A DNA stretch of 60,990 bases, counting the filler. It is 6 parts of 6 records of this genome, joined end to end, with 100 filler letters (N's around TTAATTAATTAA, not from the genome) between each part and the next. Parts side by side here need not be neighbours in the genome. Positions count along the whole stretch, not along the records: positions 56,132 to 60,990 come from SRR20825010_333; 5 more parts are not named here. One strand, given 5' to 3'. Position numbers and translations under genes: made by a program. Positions 60,948-60,990 of the stretch are shown here, in pieces. The notes beneath the pieces are model-generated. The model did no database searches. It saw only the letters and a program-made list of their open reading frames with translations, and had not been told where the DNA came from. Numbering within the stretch: position 1 is the stretch's first letter; each line of letters starts with the position of its first letter.

Positions 60948-60990
60948 GTCCATGCTCCTGAGGTTCAAACTTCGGGAGCCTGTCTAGCAG

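Noticed and set aside
1..60990. CRISPR arrays, tRNA/rRNA genes, transposases, prophage or defence genes
   Set aside because: None recognised on reading; no regularly spaced repeats or diagnostic motifs seen

Overview
This window is not one replicon. It is six unrelated contig fragments joined by artificial 100-nt spacers (N44-TTAATTAATTAA-N44). (1) 1-11690, GC-rich rhizobial-type alphaproteobacterium: end of a GntR gene, a fused NanE-ROK kinase gene with a sugar ABC transporter, then a LacI regulator and a lacEFGZK-type lactose/beta-galactoside operon. (2) 11791-41968, AT-rich Flavobacteriaceae-like: the distal part of a surface-polysaccharide locus, then purD, conserved hypotheticals, a GT9, an orphan lipoprotein, an arsS radical SAM gene with an AhpD-like partner, fasciclin, patatin, a PaaE-like reductase, an ABC pair, sprE, bactofilin and the genes that usually precede the atp operon. 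(3) 42069-46363, alphaproteobacterial: a His/Met-rich exported protein divergent from a Crp/Fnr regulator, rlmJ and a molybdopterin oxidoreductase. (4) 46464-52697: sufS, a DUF59 protein, sufA, ppc and an Atm1-like exporter. (5) 52798-56031: DMT transporter, a secreted acid-sphingomyelinase-like phosphoesterase, and CIRCE-groESL. (6) 56132-60990: cpdB, an HlyU-like protein, two hypotheticals, a PRC-barrel gene with an EcfG-type promoter, and a siderophore-interacting protein. I saw no tRNA, rRNA, CRISPR array or transposase. The best candidate for an undescribed system is the two-gene Crp/Fnr + His-rich protein module, which has a variant FNR-like box (ATGAT-N4-ATCAT) in class II activation geometry. 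All family and taxon calls come from motif recognition by eye, not database searches.
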